DNA of 55,329 nucleotides from Ferroacidibacillus organovorans (GTDB lineage Bacteria > Bacillota > Bacilli > Alicyclobacillales > SLC66), in assembly GCF_001642725.1 (NCBI RefSeq), contig NZ_LSUQ01000013.1, forward strand, positions 1 through 55,329, in the 5' to 3' direction. The first letter of the stretch is position 1. Every line of letters begins with the position of its first letter. The notes beneath the pieces were generated by a model. That model was given only the letters and a program-made list of their open reading frames with translations. It was not told where the DNA came from and did no database searches. The translations under genes and the position numbers were made by a program. Positions 28,024 to 38,450 of the stretch are shown here, one piece after another.

Positions 28024-28455
28024 ATGATCGATGCGTTGATCATTTATGGCCTCGCGTTCTATGGCGCGATTTTGCTGATATGGCAACTCTTGCACCGTTT
28101 AAGTCACAGGGTCGATGGGTGTCACGCGCAGGTTATTGTGGTGGTCGAACACGCGCATTTATGGGTGGAATGGTTCATTCGAACGCTATCGCTTCAGTGT
28201 TTTGCGCTTGGGAGAAATGCGTCGGAAGTCGTGCTTATTGATTTGGACGGTATGGGGGAGACGGCGCAAATCATTGAACGCATGCAATCCTCATTTCCAT
28301 TCATCACATACGTTCCCAGTTCGCGGAATCGCCGTTGGAGCGATATTCTTTCAATCCTTGAGACGGCGAAACAGACACAGGCGCTTTTACTGGAAGTTCA
28401 CACAAAGGATGAGATTCAGCAGGCGGTGCAGATGATTAGTCGCGTCGTGAAGTAA
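28024..28455 (+). CDS. Hypothetical membrane-anchored protein with a degenerate GT-A-like N-terminal fold
   Basis: ATG after GGGAGG; N-terminal TM; VIVVVE...VEWFIR...VVLID...ETAQII pattern. Confidence 0.55.
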   Translation: MIDALIIYGLAFYGAILLIWQLLHRLSHRVDGCHAQVIVVVEHAHLWVEWFIRTLSLQCFALGRNASEVVLIDLDGMGETAQIIERMQSSFPFITYVPSSRNRRWSDILSILETAKQTQALLLEVHTKDEIQQAVQMISRVVK

Positions 28456-28693
28456 GCGCCTGGAGATCATTTGCGCGTGGAAGAGCGAGCTTGCGGCAAT
28501 GGGTGCACGATGGCAAACCTGAACGCGATGCGTGAAAGAATCACGCGCGATAAGATTCAGATAAAATATTGGAATTCTTTGCCGTTGAGACTTGCCAGAT
28601 TGTAAAAAACAGGTTAATCTTCTAGTATTCTTACTAAGCTAAACATCCTAGGACAAGACTCCTAGGTTTCCTCGACCATGAGGAGGAACACTG

Positions 28694-30424
28694 TTGAATA
28701 ACGAAGTTGGTACCAGATACCGAGTTTGTCTCGCGTTGATGGTGGCCGTGGCCTCTCTCCTCTTTATTTACAACATGATGACAGCTCCGGTCAATTCTCC
28801 ACACGAAGGCAATGGACTGCTTTTGCTCGCCTATGTGACACTCCTGTTATTTACGTGGCTCTTTCCCGTTCGACTCGGTGAACAATCGATCAATGTCTCC
28901 CTTGGAATTATTGTGCCGCTGTATCTTCAGTTTGGCGTGGTACCGACGGTGATTGTTGTGAATGTCGCCTGGTTTCTGAGCCATCTCGTCATGAACCGGC
29001 AGGTGCGCTCTCATCGCTTGATTGCGAATTTGAGCATGATGTCACTCATGGCGATGTTTTCTGATCTCGGATTTCGACTTGCGGCTGGATTCGGGCCACC
29101 TATTTCGTGGTCTGTCTCTCCGCTCAGCTATGCGACTCCGATTATCGTGTTTATGAGTGTCCACTTCCTGTCAAACTATCTGATTACACTTATCTTGGAA
29201 GCGGTGCGAACGGATGGAAAAGTCGGCGCCTGGAGTATGGGCGTGCTGTGGGATCTTACTGCCTTGGGGATTGAATCACTGATTGTCATCCTTTTGGTTA
29301 GCCTGCAACACGCGCTTGGCCCCATTGCCCTTTTGTATACGGTGCTACCCTATATCGCCTTGATCTATATCTTTCGGCTGTATTCCAATCTGGTGATTGC
29401 AAATCGACAACTCTCTCTGATTAGTGACCTTACCATAAAGTTAAACAAGGACTTGAATGAAGAAGAAATGTTGGATACGCTGCTCAAAGGTGTCATGGAT
29501 CTTGTTGTCGCATCTGCGAGTTTCGTCTTTGCACCACACGACAATGGATACTTGACTCCGATCGTGGTGAGAGGTTCGTCCGCAGAGATGGAGAATCAAA
29601 TGCGGGATGTGACCTATCTTGGGGCAGACCCGAAGCGATTGCCTGACGCATCGAATTGGCTGCGAACTACGGCGGATGCCTCCCTTGTGTATCGCGAACC
29701 TGTGCACCCTGCGTTGCGCGCAAATTCTGTGCTGAGCGTTCCGATTCAGCATGATGAGTGCATGCTCGGTATGCTTGTCGTGACACACGCAGAACGCATC
29801 CACTACTCAACGCGCGATCGCGAGATGCTTCAAATTCTTGCGAATCAGGCGGCGATCGGATGGCTCAATGCGCAGCGCCTCAAACGCTCTGAGCAGCAAA
29901 CCGTTATTGATGAATTGACAGGGTTGTTTAATTATCGCTATTTTGAAACCATGCTCCCTGTGTTGTGTAGGCGTGCAGATGAGAAAAAGGAATCCTTGAC
30001 GCTCCTCGTCCTTGATTTGGATAAATTCAAATCAATCAATGACGAGTATGGTCATCTCCCTGGAAACGAAGTGTTAAAAGCAGTTGCGCAGATCATTCGC
30101 GAACAAGTGCGTGACGGGGATGTCGTATGCCGCTATGGTGGAGAAGAATTCACGGTAATTCTACCCGGCGCAAACTCTGAAGTTGGCATGTACATCGCTG
30201 AACGTCTGAGACAATCGATCGCTTCGACGAAAATTTTGATCCCGCCTCAGGGGAACACGGTGATGTTCCCACTCAGCGTTACAGTCAGTATCGGTGCGGC
30301 TACCTATCCCGATACGGCGGATGTACCGCAGAGTTTGCTTCGAAATGCGGATCGAGCCATGTACGTTGGTTCGAAGCAGCGTGGAAGAAACCGTGTGGCA
30401 CTCTATGGTACACATGACGCATAA
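28694..30424 (+). CDS. Membrane diguanylate cyclase (TM sensor, GAF, GGDEF)
   Basis: About 7 TM segments, GAF-like region, DELTGLFN, DLDKFKSINDEYGH, RDGD I-site, RYGGEEF. Confidence 0.92.
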   Translation: MNNEVGTRYRVCLALMVAVASLLFIYNMMTAPVNSPHEGNGLLLLAYVTLLLFTWLFPVRLGEQSINVSLGIIVPLYLQFGVVPTVIVVNVAWFLSHLVMNRQVRSHRLIANLSMMSLMAMFSDLGFRLAAGFGPPISWSVSPLSYATPIIVFMSVHFLSNYLITLILEAVRTDGKVGAWSMGVLWDLTALGIESLIVILLVSLQHALGPIALLYTVLPYIALIYIFRLYSNLVIANRQLSLISDLTIKLNKDLNEEEMLDTLLKGVMDLVVASASFVFAPHDNGYLTPIVVRGSSAEMENQMRDVTYLGADPKRLPDASNWLRTTADASLVYREPVHPALRANSVLSVPIQHDECMLGMLVVTHAERIHYSTRDREMLQILANQAAIGWLNAQRLKRSEQQTVIDELTGLFNYRYFETMLPVLCRRADEKKESLTLLVLDLDKFKSINDEYGHLPGNEVLKAVAQIIREQVRDGDVVCRYGGEEFTVILPGANSEVGMYIAERLRQSIASTKILIPPQGNTVMFPLSVTVSIGAATYPDTADVPQSLLRNADRAMYVGSKQRGRNRVALYGTHDA

Positions 30425-30490
30425 AGATTGTGCACTGCGTTCTTTTTGGGTATGTTAGATCTTTGAAATGTTAAGTGATGGAGGTTTTTT

Positions 30491-31840
30491 GTGTTTTCTA
30501 CATTTTATGAGTCTGTCGCCTATCTCTATCAATCCTACAATGATGCAAAAAAAAAATTCGTTTTTGGCTATGACCGCGAAACGCGTACACCTCACTATAC
30601 GAGAATCCTTCTTGATTCGATCGGCGCGCCTGATCAGCACACGAAAACGATTAAGATCACCGGAAGTAAAGGAAAGGGGACGACGTCGCGCTTTACTGCC
30701 CGTCTCCTTCAATCGCAAGGTAATAAGGTGGGCCTTTTTACGAGCCCGCACATGGTCGACTTTACGGAGCGAATTCGAATTGACGGCAAGGCGATTTCAG
30801 AGGATGATTTCATGGCCATTTTGTCGGATCTTGTTCCGGCGATTGAGCAGATTCGCCGTGAACTTCCTGACCATGCATATCTTGGACCTGTCGGCATATT
30901 AGCCGTCGTCGCGGCGCGTTATTTCTATTTAAATGATACTGACGTTAATGTGTTTGAACTTGGTCGCGGTGCACGTCACGACGATGTGAATCAAGTGCGG
31001 GGAGACATGGCGATTCTTACTCCGATTCGCCTTGAGCACAAGGAGCAGTTAGGTCCAACGCTAAACGATGTGGTATGGGAAAAGGCAGGAATTATCCAAG
31101 CAGGCGCAAGTGCGATTGTATCTGCGTCGCAACTTCCAGAAGTTACGGTGCTTCTCAAGCAACAGGCAGAGGCGCAGGGCGTGCCCCTCTTTTCACGCGG
31201 TATTGATTTTCACACAGACATTCTGTCCTCTTCTATTGCGGGGTCGCACATTCGCTATTGGTCTAAACGCGGTGTTTCGTCTGACTTTGAACTCACGATG
31301 CCTGGAGAACACGCGATTGAGAATGCGTCTGTTGCCATGTTTGCTGTCGAGCTGTTTTTAAAAGGCGAGTTGCGCAATGAATCTTGGCGCAACGCAATGC
31401 GAGAGGTGAGCGTCCCGGGACGCGCGCAGTGGTTGCCTGGGACATCGGAGGGAAGGCCTGCGGTGCTGCTCGACGGAACGATTCATCGCGACAGTGCCCG
31501 AGAAATCGTGCGTTTAGCCAAATCAGCTTTCGCATCCCGCGTCGGCGTCATACTCGCCGTCCCTGAAGATAAGGACTACGAAGGTGTCATTGAGGCATTC
31601 GCGGAGATTGCTTCTTTCTTTATCATCACGCGCGCCGCAAATCCGCATCTGGTATTCTCCCCCAACGCAAGCGCGTATGCCCGACAATACCGAACGACAC
31701 TTGAATGCGCTACGCTTGCTGAGAGCGTACATGCAGCGTGTCAGACATTGGGCACACGAGATTTATTAATCATTGCAGGTACGCAGTCACTCATCGGCGA
31801 TGCGTTGCAGTTCTTCTCTATTCAGACGAGGGATGCATAG
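30491..31840 (+). CDS. FolC-like folylpolyglutamate synthase / Mur-ligase family protein
   Basis: P-loop ITGSKGKGTT, GLFTSPH...ERIRID, LEH...LG, EKAGII, PGR, GTQSLIG; several canonical FolC motifs diverged. Confidence 0.75.
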   Translation: MFSTFYESVAYLYQSYNDAKKKFVFGYDRETRTPHYTRILLDSIGAPDQHTKTIKITGSKGKGTTSRFTARLLQSQGNKVGLFTSPHMVDFTERIRIDGKAISEDDFMAILSDLVPAIEQIRRELPDHAYLGPVGILAVVAARYFYLNDTDVNVFELGRGARHDDVNQVRGDMAILTPIRLEHKEQLGPTLNDVVWEKAGIIQAGASAIVSASQLPEVTVLLKQQAEAQGVPLFSRGIDFHTDILSSSIAGSHIRYWSKRGVSSDFELTMPGEHAIENASVAMFAVELFLKGELRNESWRNAMREVSVPGRAQWLPGTSEGRPAVLLDGTIHRDSAREIVRLAKSAFASRVGVILAVPEDKDYEGVIEAFAEIASFFIITRAANPHLVFSPNASAYARQYRTTLECATLAESVHAACQTLGTRDLLIIAGTQSLIGDALQFFSIQTRDA

Positions 31841-33093
31841 CGGCGAATAGACGCGATCAGTTCTTCGATCTCTTCGACGGCGTCTGTTGCGCGTAGCGTT
31901 TCAATGAGTAGTTCAGAAGTTTTCGCCATGTCATCGTACCGTCTAAGCGTTTGTTGTTCTTGAAAGGCGGCTTTTAAAACCGTTTTTCGCAGCGGATCTT
32001 GAATGGGCTTTTCCTGAACCCATCTCACTAAGTGGTCTGCGCGCTCTGCGTATGCATCGGGCCACAACTCGTACGTGTCAAGCGTATTTTGTATGGCAAT
32101 CGCGACGCCTTCGCCAAACGTCTCCTGCCAAAGTGCTTCAAGCAGCGCGTAGCTCAATTGCTGTTGCGGCGTACCTGCGAGTTCCAATTGGTGTTTTGCG
32201 AGTGTCATGAAGGTCTCGCTTTGTTCAAGGTTGCGGTTTTGAATCGAAGTCCTGGCAGCGTGGATGGTGGCGTCGAGGGACAAGGCAATCCACGCTCGCG
32301 CATCCAGTCGGCTTTTGAGGTGAGCCATCTGCTGAAACTTCGCGGATTCTGCTGAATAAGGTTCTGCGCGCCACGCAGCGAGTGAGTCTTGTAGCATTTT
32401 GTCTGCGTAGGTTGTAAAGCTTGGGTGTGCCGGAAACGGGCTTTCGCGAATGAATGCAGAATCGTCTGTGCGAGATGATGCAGACGCTTTTGGCAACACT
32501 CCTGGTTCAATCGATGAGAGCAACACGTCTACCTCAGACTGTAGAATTCCCTGAGAAAGCTGCAGTTCCTCACTCACATAGCGTGTTTTGCGATACAAGT
32601 AGGCGGCCGTATCCTGATCTTGCAGGATCATGTGTAAGTCACCGATCTTTTTTAGAATCTCCGGCAGAAGTTCAACGTGATACTCTTTTGCGAGTGAGAG
32701 GGCAGTATGGTATCGGGCGTAGGCTTGTTCCAATTGGCGATTTGTCTCAGCGATCTGCCCGAGGAGAAAGTGGACGGCTGCAACGTTTGGAATATCACTT
32801 CCCAACTTGCTTAAAACTTCTTTTGCATCGGTGACGCGTCCGAGTGCCAGACATAACGCTGCAATTTCAATTCCCTGCGTGCGCGTTGCATCCTCACCTT
32901 GTGTAACCTCGTCCAATTCACCGACTGCGTCGAGCCGCTCCGCAATCTTTTTAAGGAGGGCAGAAGAAGGTTGCGCTTTTCCCGCCTCGATTTGGCTAAT
33001 CATACTCGGGGTGACAATGTCTTTTGCCAATTGCGTCTGCGTCATGCCGCGCATCAATCGCAACTCGCGAATACGTTGACCAATCGAAGTCAT
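31822..33093 (-). CDS. XRE-family HTH regulator with TPR repeats
   Basis: IGQRIRELRLMRGMTQTQLA...SMISQIEAGKAQPS followed by TPR-like helices. Confidence 0.8.
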   Translation of the reverse strand: MTSIGQRIRELRLMRGMTQTQLAKDIVTPSMISQIEAGKAQPSSALLKKIAERLDAVGELDEVTQGEDATRTQGIEIAALCLALGRVTDAKEVLSKLGSDIPNVAAVHFLLGQIAETNRQLEQAYARYHTALSLAKEYHVELLPEILKKIGDLHMILQDQDTAAYLYRKTRYVSEELQLSQGILQSEVDVLLSSIEPGVLPKASASSRTDDSAFIRESPFPAHPSFTTYADKMLQDSLAAWRAEPYSAESAKFQQMAHLKSRLDARAWIALSLDATIHAARTSIQNRNLEQSETFMTLAKHQLELAGTPQQQLSYALLEALWQETFGEGVAIAIQNTLDTYELWPDAYAERADHLVRWVQEKPIQDPLRKTVLKAAFQEQQTLRRYDDMAKTSELLIETLRATDAVEEIEELIASIRRYASLV

Positions 33094-33195
33094 GATCCGT
33101 CCCTCATTCATTTTAGTTTATGATATAGAAACAGGTTAATCTTCCATGCAGAAAGTTGCAAGGGGATGTTACTTATTATTTTGGAGATTTACTTT

Positions 33196-33209
33196 TGTCA
33201 CATGTGACA
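33196..33209. promoter_or_regulatory. Perfect 14-bp palindrome, candidate operator
   Basis: TGTCACATGTGACA between the divergent HTH-TPR gene and phoU. Confidence 0.4.
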
Positions 33210-33291
33210 CTCAGACTATTGGATGCACGTTCTTGATTTGATTCGAGTTCAAATTTAGAGATAATGGAATCGTGGCATCGCAACATGAATC

Positions 33292-33334
33292 TTTACAACA
33301 ACTTGACAAAAAATAAATCATATCGTGATAGGAT
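33292..33334 (+). promoter_or_regulatory. Pho-box-like repeats and extended -10 upstream of phoU
   Basis: TTTACA-N5-TTGACA (11-bp period), then TGnTAGGAT. Confidence 0.45.
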
Positions 33335-33357
33335 GAAAACAGCAGGAGGGGTTTAAG

Positions 33358-34017
33358 ATGGAACCGCGACGACAATTTCATCAGGACTTAGAAACCCTCC
33401 AGCAAGATTTGCTTCGCATGGGCGCATTGGTTGAAGAATCAATTTATAAAGCCGTGCGCGCTCTCACGGATCAGGATCCAAAACTTGCTGAAGAAGTTCT
33501 CGAAGGCGATGATCAGATCGACCGCATGGAGATCGAGATTGAGACGCGGTCGCTACGCTTGATTGCGCTTCAGCAGCCGATGGCTGGAGATTTGCGCATT
33601 TTGGGGACCGTCTTGAAAGCGGTCACCGATCTTGAGCGTATGGCAGATCACTCGGTCGATATCGCCAAAGTGGCTCTGCGGGTCAACCGGCAACCGTGGG
33701 TAAAACCGCTGATTGACATACCGCGCATGGCGAATATCGTTCAGGGCATGGTGAGAGACGGCCTGAATGCGTATATTCGCCGCGATGTTCAGATGGCGGA
33801 AACGCTCGCGACACGCGATGACGAGGTTGACGGATTGTACGGACAGATTTTTCGTGAACTGCTCGTGCTCATGCTGTCGACGCCTACGTCTGTGGAGCAG
33901 GCGACGCAGCTTTTGATGGTCGCGCAGTTTCTTGAGCGCATCGGCGATCACGCCACAAATATCGGCGAGTGGGTTATCTACATGGTCGACGGGGTGCGCC
34001 GCGACCTGAACGTTTAA
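33358..34017 (+). CDS. phoU: Phosphate signalling complex protein PhoU
   Basis: QQPMAGDLR, DLERMADH, LERIGDHATNIGE. Confidence 0.95.
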   Translation: MEPRRQFHQDLETLQQDLLRMGALVEESIYKAVRALTDQDPKLAEEVLEGDDQIDRMEIEIETRSLRLIALQQPMAGDLRILGTVLKAVTDLERMADHSVDIAKVALRVNRQPWVKPLIDIPRMANIVQGMVRDGLNAYIRRDVQMAETLATRDDEVDGLYGQIFRELLVLMLSTPTSVEQATQLLMVAQFLERIGDHATNIGEWVIYMVDGVRRDLNV

Positions 34018-34018
34018 G

Positions 34019-36259
34019 GTGGCCACGCAACGTCTGCGGGCGACGACTGAAAAGCTCTTGGCAGGCGGACAGAGTGGGTTTGCCGCGTTACGCTTGAGGC
34101 TTCCAAACGGCGATACGCTCACCGCCATTGGACAATTTGACGAAGTGCCCTTGGGCGCTGAGTGTGACTGGGTCGGTTCCTTTGAATTTCACCCGGTTCA
34201 CGGGCGTCAGTTTCGCGTCTCTACCTTCACTGTCGTCCTTCCCACGAGTACACTCGGAATGGAGCGTTTTCTCGCGAGTGGCGCTTTTCGGGGGATCGGT
34301 CCGAAGACTGCGAAGCGTATCGTCGACACGTTCGGCGTGCGCACCTTGGATATCTTGCGTGAAGATCCGCAAGCGATCAAGAAGGTGCCGGGAATCTCTC
34401 GCGCCAAAGCGGAAGAACTCGCCAAAACGTTGGCGGAAAAAGGTGAACTGTCTCGACTGGGCGCCTTTTTGACAGGGCATGGCATGGGAATCCACCTCGC
34501 AGATAAGCTGGCAGGCGTATATGGTGGAGGACAAGCTGCACTGCAGGTGCTTCAGACGGATCCCTACCAAACGATTTCGGACGTGCGCGGGATCGGCTTT
34601 CGCACGGCGGATCAACTCGCGGCCGCGCTTGGCATTGATCGCTTGGCGCCTGCACGCGTCACAGCGGCTCTGCTGCATGTGCTCGACGCATCCATTGAAA
34701 ATGGGCACATCTATCTCCCATACTCCATGTGGCTCGAAGAAGCGATCGCGCTTCTCGGCATTGAGAAGGATGCGGTTGCGGCAGAGGCGCAACGCCTCCT
34801 GGCACGCGGGAGTGTGGTAGCCGAACAGCACGAGCTTCCGGAGTTGTGCATTTATGGGGCGCGTCACTATCGCTTGGAAACGCAGACGGCGTCGCTGTTG
34901 CGCGTCCTGAAACAGGGTGGGAGTCTCTCTGGCGCGCTCTCGCAGGGAACTGCGCCGCGTGAGGGATCATCGCTCGAAAGTATGCAAGAGGGCGCCGTGG
35001 GCGACGGTGCGCAAGAATGCGCAAATGCGAAAGAGGATGACACGATTCAAGCGCTGTCCGAGGAGCAGTTGAGCGTCTCTAAGCTGGTTGACGATCACCC
35101 GCTTGTGATTTTGACGGGAGGTCCAGGAACGGGAAAGACGACTGCCATTCGTCACGTGGTCTCCTTTTTCGAAACCCTCGGCGCAACGGTTGTGCTCGCT
35201 GCCCCCACAGGAAAAGCTGCCAAGCGTTTGGCGCAAAGCACGGAACGTCCCGCCCAAACGATTCATCGGCTGCTTGAGATGGGAAAAAACGCCCAAGGCC
35301 GCTTTGGTTTCGGGCGCGACCGGAGTCACCGGATGGACGGGAATCTGTTTATCATTGATGAGGCTTCAATGATTGACGCGCCCCTGTTTTACAGTGTGCT
35401 CGAGGCGCTGCCTGATCAGGCGCACGTTTTGCTCGTCGGAGATCCGGAGCAGTTGCCGGCGGTCGGACCAGGCATGATTTTAAAAGACCTTATAGACTCT
35501 TCACAGTTTCCCATTGTATCTTTATCTTTTGTATTCCGGCAGGGACTCCATAGTCAGATTATTCGAGTCGCACACGAGGTGCGGATGGGGCGTATTCCCC
35601 AGTTTAAACAGGATCGTGAGCGACAAGAGTGCTTTTTTATCGAGGAAGACCGCGCGGCGAACGCGGCTGAACGGATTGCCGAACTCGCGACGGAGCGCTT
35701 GCCGCGCTATGTGGGGTATGACGCGCACCAGGGGATTCAGATTTTGTCTCCGATGAAGCGTGGACACACTGGTACGGATCGATTGAACGAAATCATCAGT
35801 GAGCGTCTACGGATGAGCGATGAAGCACTGCGCGTGGGTGAGCGCACGTTTCGCGTCGGAGATCGCGTGATGTATACCAAGAATGACTATGACCGCGAGT
35901 TGTTCAATGGGGACACAGGGCGAATTGAAGCGGTCACGCGCGACGCGCTGGTGGTTCGCTTTGCAGATGAAACGCTGGAGAGACGCATGGAGTTTACAAA
36001 AAACGAGGCGCACGCGCTGATCCAGGCGTACGCAATCTCTGTTCATAAGAGCCAAGGCAGTGAATACAACACGGTGATCTTGCCTGTGATGCGCGAACAC
36101 GCGGTGATGCTCTTTCGGCAGTTGCTGTATACGGCGATGACGCGCGCCAAATCCCTCTTGGTGTTGGTGGGGACGCGCTCGGCGTTGGAGCTCGCCGTGC
36201 GGCAAGAACAGATGAATCAACGGTTTACTGGGCTATCCTGGCGTTTGAAGGATCGCTGA
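34019..36259 (+). CDS. recD2: ATP-dependent RecD2-like DNA helicase
   Basis: HhH GIGPKTA and GIGFRTAD; GGPGTGKT, APTGKAA, DEASM, GDPEQL, HKSQGSE, LYTAMTRA. Confidence 0.92.
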   Translation: MATQRLRATTEKLLAGGQSGFAALRLRLPNGDTLTAIGQFDEVPLGAECDWVGSFEFHPVHGRQFRVSTFTVVLPTSTLGMERFLASGAFRGIGPKTAKRIVDTFGVRTLDILREDPQAIKKVPGISRAKAEELAKTLAEKGELSRLGAFLTGHGMGIHLADKLAGVYGGGQAALQVLQTDPYQTISDVRGIGFRTADQLAAALGIDRLAPARVTAALLHVLDASIENGHIYLPYSMWLEEAIALLGIEKDAVAAEAQRLLARGSVVAEQHELPELCIYGARHYRLETQTASLLRVLKQGGSLSGALSQGTAPREGSSLESMQEGAVGDGAQECANAKEDDTIQALSEEQLSVSKLVDDHPLVILTGGPGTGKTTAIRHVVSFFETLGATVVLAAPTGKAAKRLAQSTERPAQTIHRLLEMGKNAQGRFGFGRDRSHRMDGNLFIIDEASMIDAPLFYSVLEALPDQAHVLLVGDPEQLPAVGPGMILKDLIDSSQFPIVSLSFVFRQGLHSQIIRVAHEVRMGRIPQFKQDRERQECFFIEEDRAANAAERIAELATERLPRYVGYDAHQGIQILSPMKRGHTGTDRLNEIISERLRMSDEALRVGERTFRVGDRVMYTKNDYDRELFNGDTGRIEAVTRDALVVRFADETLERRMEFTKNEAHALIQAYAISVHKSQGSEYNTVILPVMREHAVMLFRQLLYTAMTRAKSLLVLVGTRSALELAVRQEQMNQRFTGLSWRLKDR

Positions 36260-36287
36260 CATCCCATTTGGTAGAGGAGATCGGAAC

Positions 36288-36986
36288 GTGAGCCAGAAGC
36301 TGCTCGTCGTCGATGATGAAGAGTCGATTCGTACATTGGTTCGTTACAATCTCGTTCAGGCAGGCTTTGACGTTACGCTCGCAGAAGATGGCGAGGCGGG
36401 GTTTCAACAGATTCAGCAGGACACGTTTGATCTGCTGATCCTCGATTTGATGATGCCGGGCATGAGTGGGCTAGAGATATGCAAGCGCATGCGTCAGATG
36501 CACAAAGATACGCCGATCATCATGCTGACGGCGCGCGGCGAAGAGATCGATCGAGTGCTTGGCCTCGAAATGGGGGCGGATGATTATATTACGAAGCCGT
36601 TTAGCCCACGCGAATTGGTGGCGCGCGTGCGCGCGGTGCTCAGGCGCAAGGGCGAAGGGGAGCGCGAACAGGAGCAACAGGAGATTTTCCAGGTTGGCAC
36701 GGTGCGGTTGGACGTGTCGCGTTACGAAGTGACCGTAGATGGAAAACTGATTGATCTGACACCGCGCGAGTTTGACCTACTCTACTTTTTATTGCAGCAT
36801 ACGGATCGGGTGGTCAGCCGCGATCAACTTCTGGATCGCGTGTGGGGATACGATTATGCGGGTGACACGCGGCTTGTCGATGTGCATGTGAGCCACTTGC
36901 GTGAAAAAATTGAGCGTGACCCTAAATCGCCGCGGTATATTAAAACGGTGCGCGGTGTTGGCTACAAGTTTACGCGGAGTGAGTGA
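36288..36986 (+). CDS. phoP: OmpR-family response regulator, PhoP-like
   Basis: VVDDE, DLMMP, GADDYITKPF, TRLVDVHVSHLREK, TVRGVGY; phoU context. Confidence 0.8.
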   Translation: MSQKLLVVDDEESIRTLVRYNLVQAGFDVTLAEDGEAGFQQIQQDTFDLLILDLMMPGMSGLEICKRMRQMHKDTPIIMLTARGEEIDRVLGLEMGADDYITKPFSPRELVARVRAVLRRKGEGEREQEQQEIFQVGTVRLDVSRYEVTVDGKLIDLTPREFDLLYFLLQHTDRVVSRDQLLDRVWGYDYAGDTRLVDVHVSHLREKIERDPKSPRYIKTVRGVGYKFTRSE

Positions 36987-38293
36987 GTGTGGTGTATCTC
37001 GATTTTGCGCTGGTTCTCACGGTGCTGTCTCTGTTTTCGATCATCGTTATGGGGTTGCGCGTGGCGCAGTACAGGAGTATGGGGCGTGAACTGATCAAGT
37101 CGCTCGAAGACGTCCTCTATGAAGGCGCGCATCATCAATTGGAGTGGCCGGATTTGCCGGAGCGCAGCTCGGCGTTGACTGAGCTGCGCTTGCGCGTGCA
37201 AAGCGCGGTCGTGGCGTTACGCGAAGAGCGAGAGAAGACGGTGCAAGAGCAGAGCAAACTGAGCGGTATCCTCGGACATATCTTAAGTGGTGTCATGATG
37301 CTTGACCGGGCTGGACGCATCGTTTTCGTGAACCCTGCGATGGAGACGCTGTTTGGATTGCCTGCGGAAAATTGGATCGGCAGATGGCACTGGGAAACGG
37401 CGTATCCGTACGAGGTGGCGGCGCTCGTTGACGAGTCGCTGTCGCTTGGCACGACGCAAAAGCGCGAGGTCACGGTGCATAAGCCGCACGATTTGACGCT
37501 TGAAGTGCATGTCACCCCCATTCTGCACTCGACGGGCGGCGTCGCGGGTGCGGTGCTGCTTCTGCACGATGTGACGGAGTGGCGCAGACTTGAGAGCATG
37601 CGCAGTGATTTTGTGGCGAATGTGTCGCACGAGTTGCGAACGCCGATCACAGCGCTGAAAGGGTTTGCGGAAACACTGCTCGATGGGGCGCTTGATGATC
37701 CTAAGGTGGCGCGTGAGTTTCTCGAAATCATTCGCGCGGAAGCCGATCGCATTACGCGACTCGTGAACGATCTCCTGGATCTCTCAAAGATTGAGGCAAA
37801 ACAGGTGCCGCTTCATATGGAGGATGTGTCCCTTCGCGAGATGTTTGCGCGCGTCACGCAGGTTTTCATCGCGGATGCGAAACAAGAGGGCGTCACAATT
37901 CAATCGGAACTTCCAATCCCAGATGTGCGCGTCTATGCTGACATTGACCGCTTGCAACAGGTACTTGTGAATCTGGTCAGCAATGCGCTGCAATTTACGC
38001 CGCGCGGAGGGCAGATTACGCTTTCTGCCGAAGCGGTGCATGACCGGATGGTTGTTCGGGTGCGCGATACGGGCGCGGGCATTCCTGCTCAGGATTTGGG
38101 GCGTGTGTTTGAGCGGTTTTATCGCGTTGACAAGGCGCGCAGCAGGCGATCGGGCGGAACTGGCTTGGGCCTTGCCATCGTCAAGCACATCGTGGAGGCG
38201 CACGGCGGGCGTGTCGGTGTCTCCTCTGAATTCGGTCAGGGGAGCGAGTTTTTCTTTGATCTTCCGACGTCACAAGAGACGACTCCTCTCTAG
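36983..38293 (+). CDS. phoR: PAS sensor histidine kinase, PhoR-like
   Basis: FVANVSHELRTP, FERFYRVDKARSR, GGTGLGLAIVKH. Confidence 0.85.
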   Translation: MSVVYLDFALVLTVLSLFSIIVMGLRVAQYRSMGRELIKSLEDVLYEGAHHQLEWPDLPERSSALTELRLRVQSAVVALREEREKTVQEQSKLSGILGHILSGVMMLDRAGRIVFVNPAMETLFGLPAENWIGRWHWETAYPYEVAALVDESLSLGTTQKREVTVHKPHDLTLEVHVTPILHSTGGVAGAVLLLHDVTEWRRLESMRSDFVANVSHELRTPITALKGFAETLLDGALDDPKVAREFLEIIRAEADRITRLVNDLLDLSKIEAKQVPLHMEDVSLREMFARVTQVFIADAKQEGVTIQSELPIPDVRVYADIDRLQQVLVNLVSNALQFTPRGGQITLSAEAVHDRMVVRVRDTGAGIPAQDLGRVFERFYRVDKARSRRSGGTGLGLAIVKHIVEAHGGRVGVSSEFGQGSEFFFDLPTSQETTPL

Positions 38294-38450
38294 TATAAAG
38301 ATGAGCGTTTAGTTGATCTCCAAAATGATGATCGTTTCATTCGCGATTCTATGCTAATCTGTGAAAAAATGGTGTGGGAACGCGACGTCGCGGGGTGCCG
38401 TTTAGCATAGATGGATGCTCACGGAAGCGCGATGAGATGGAGTGTGCGGG

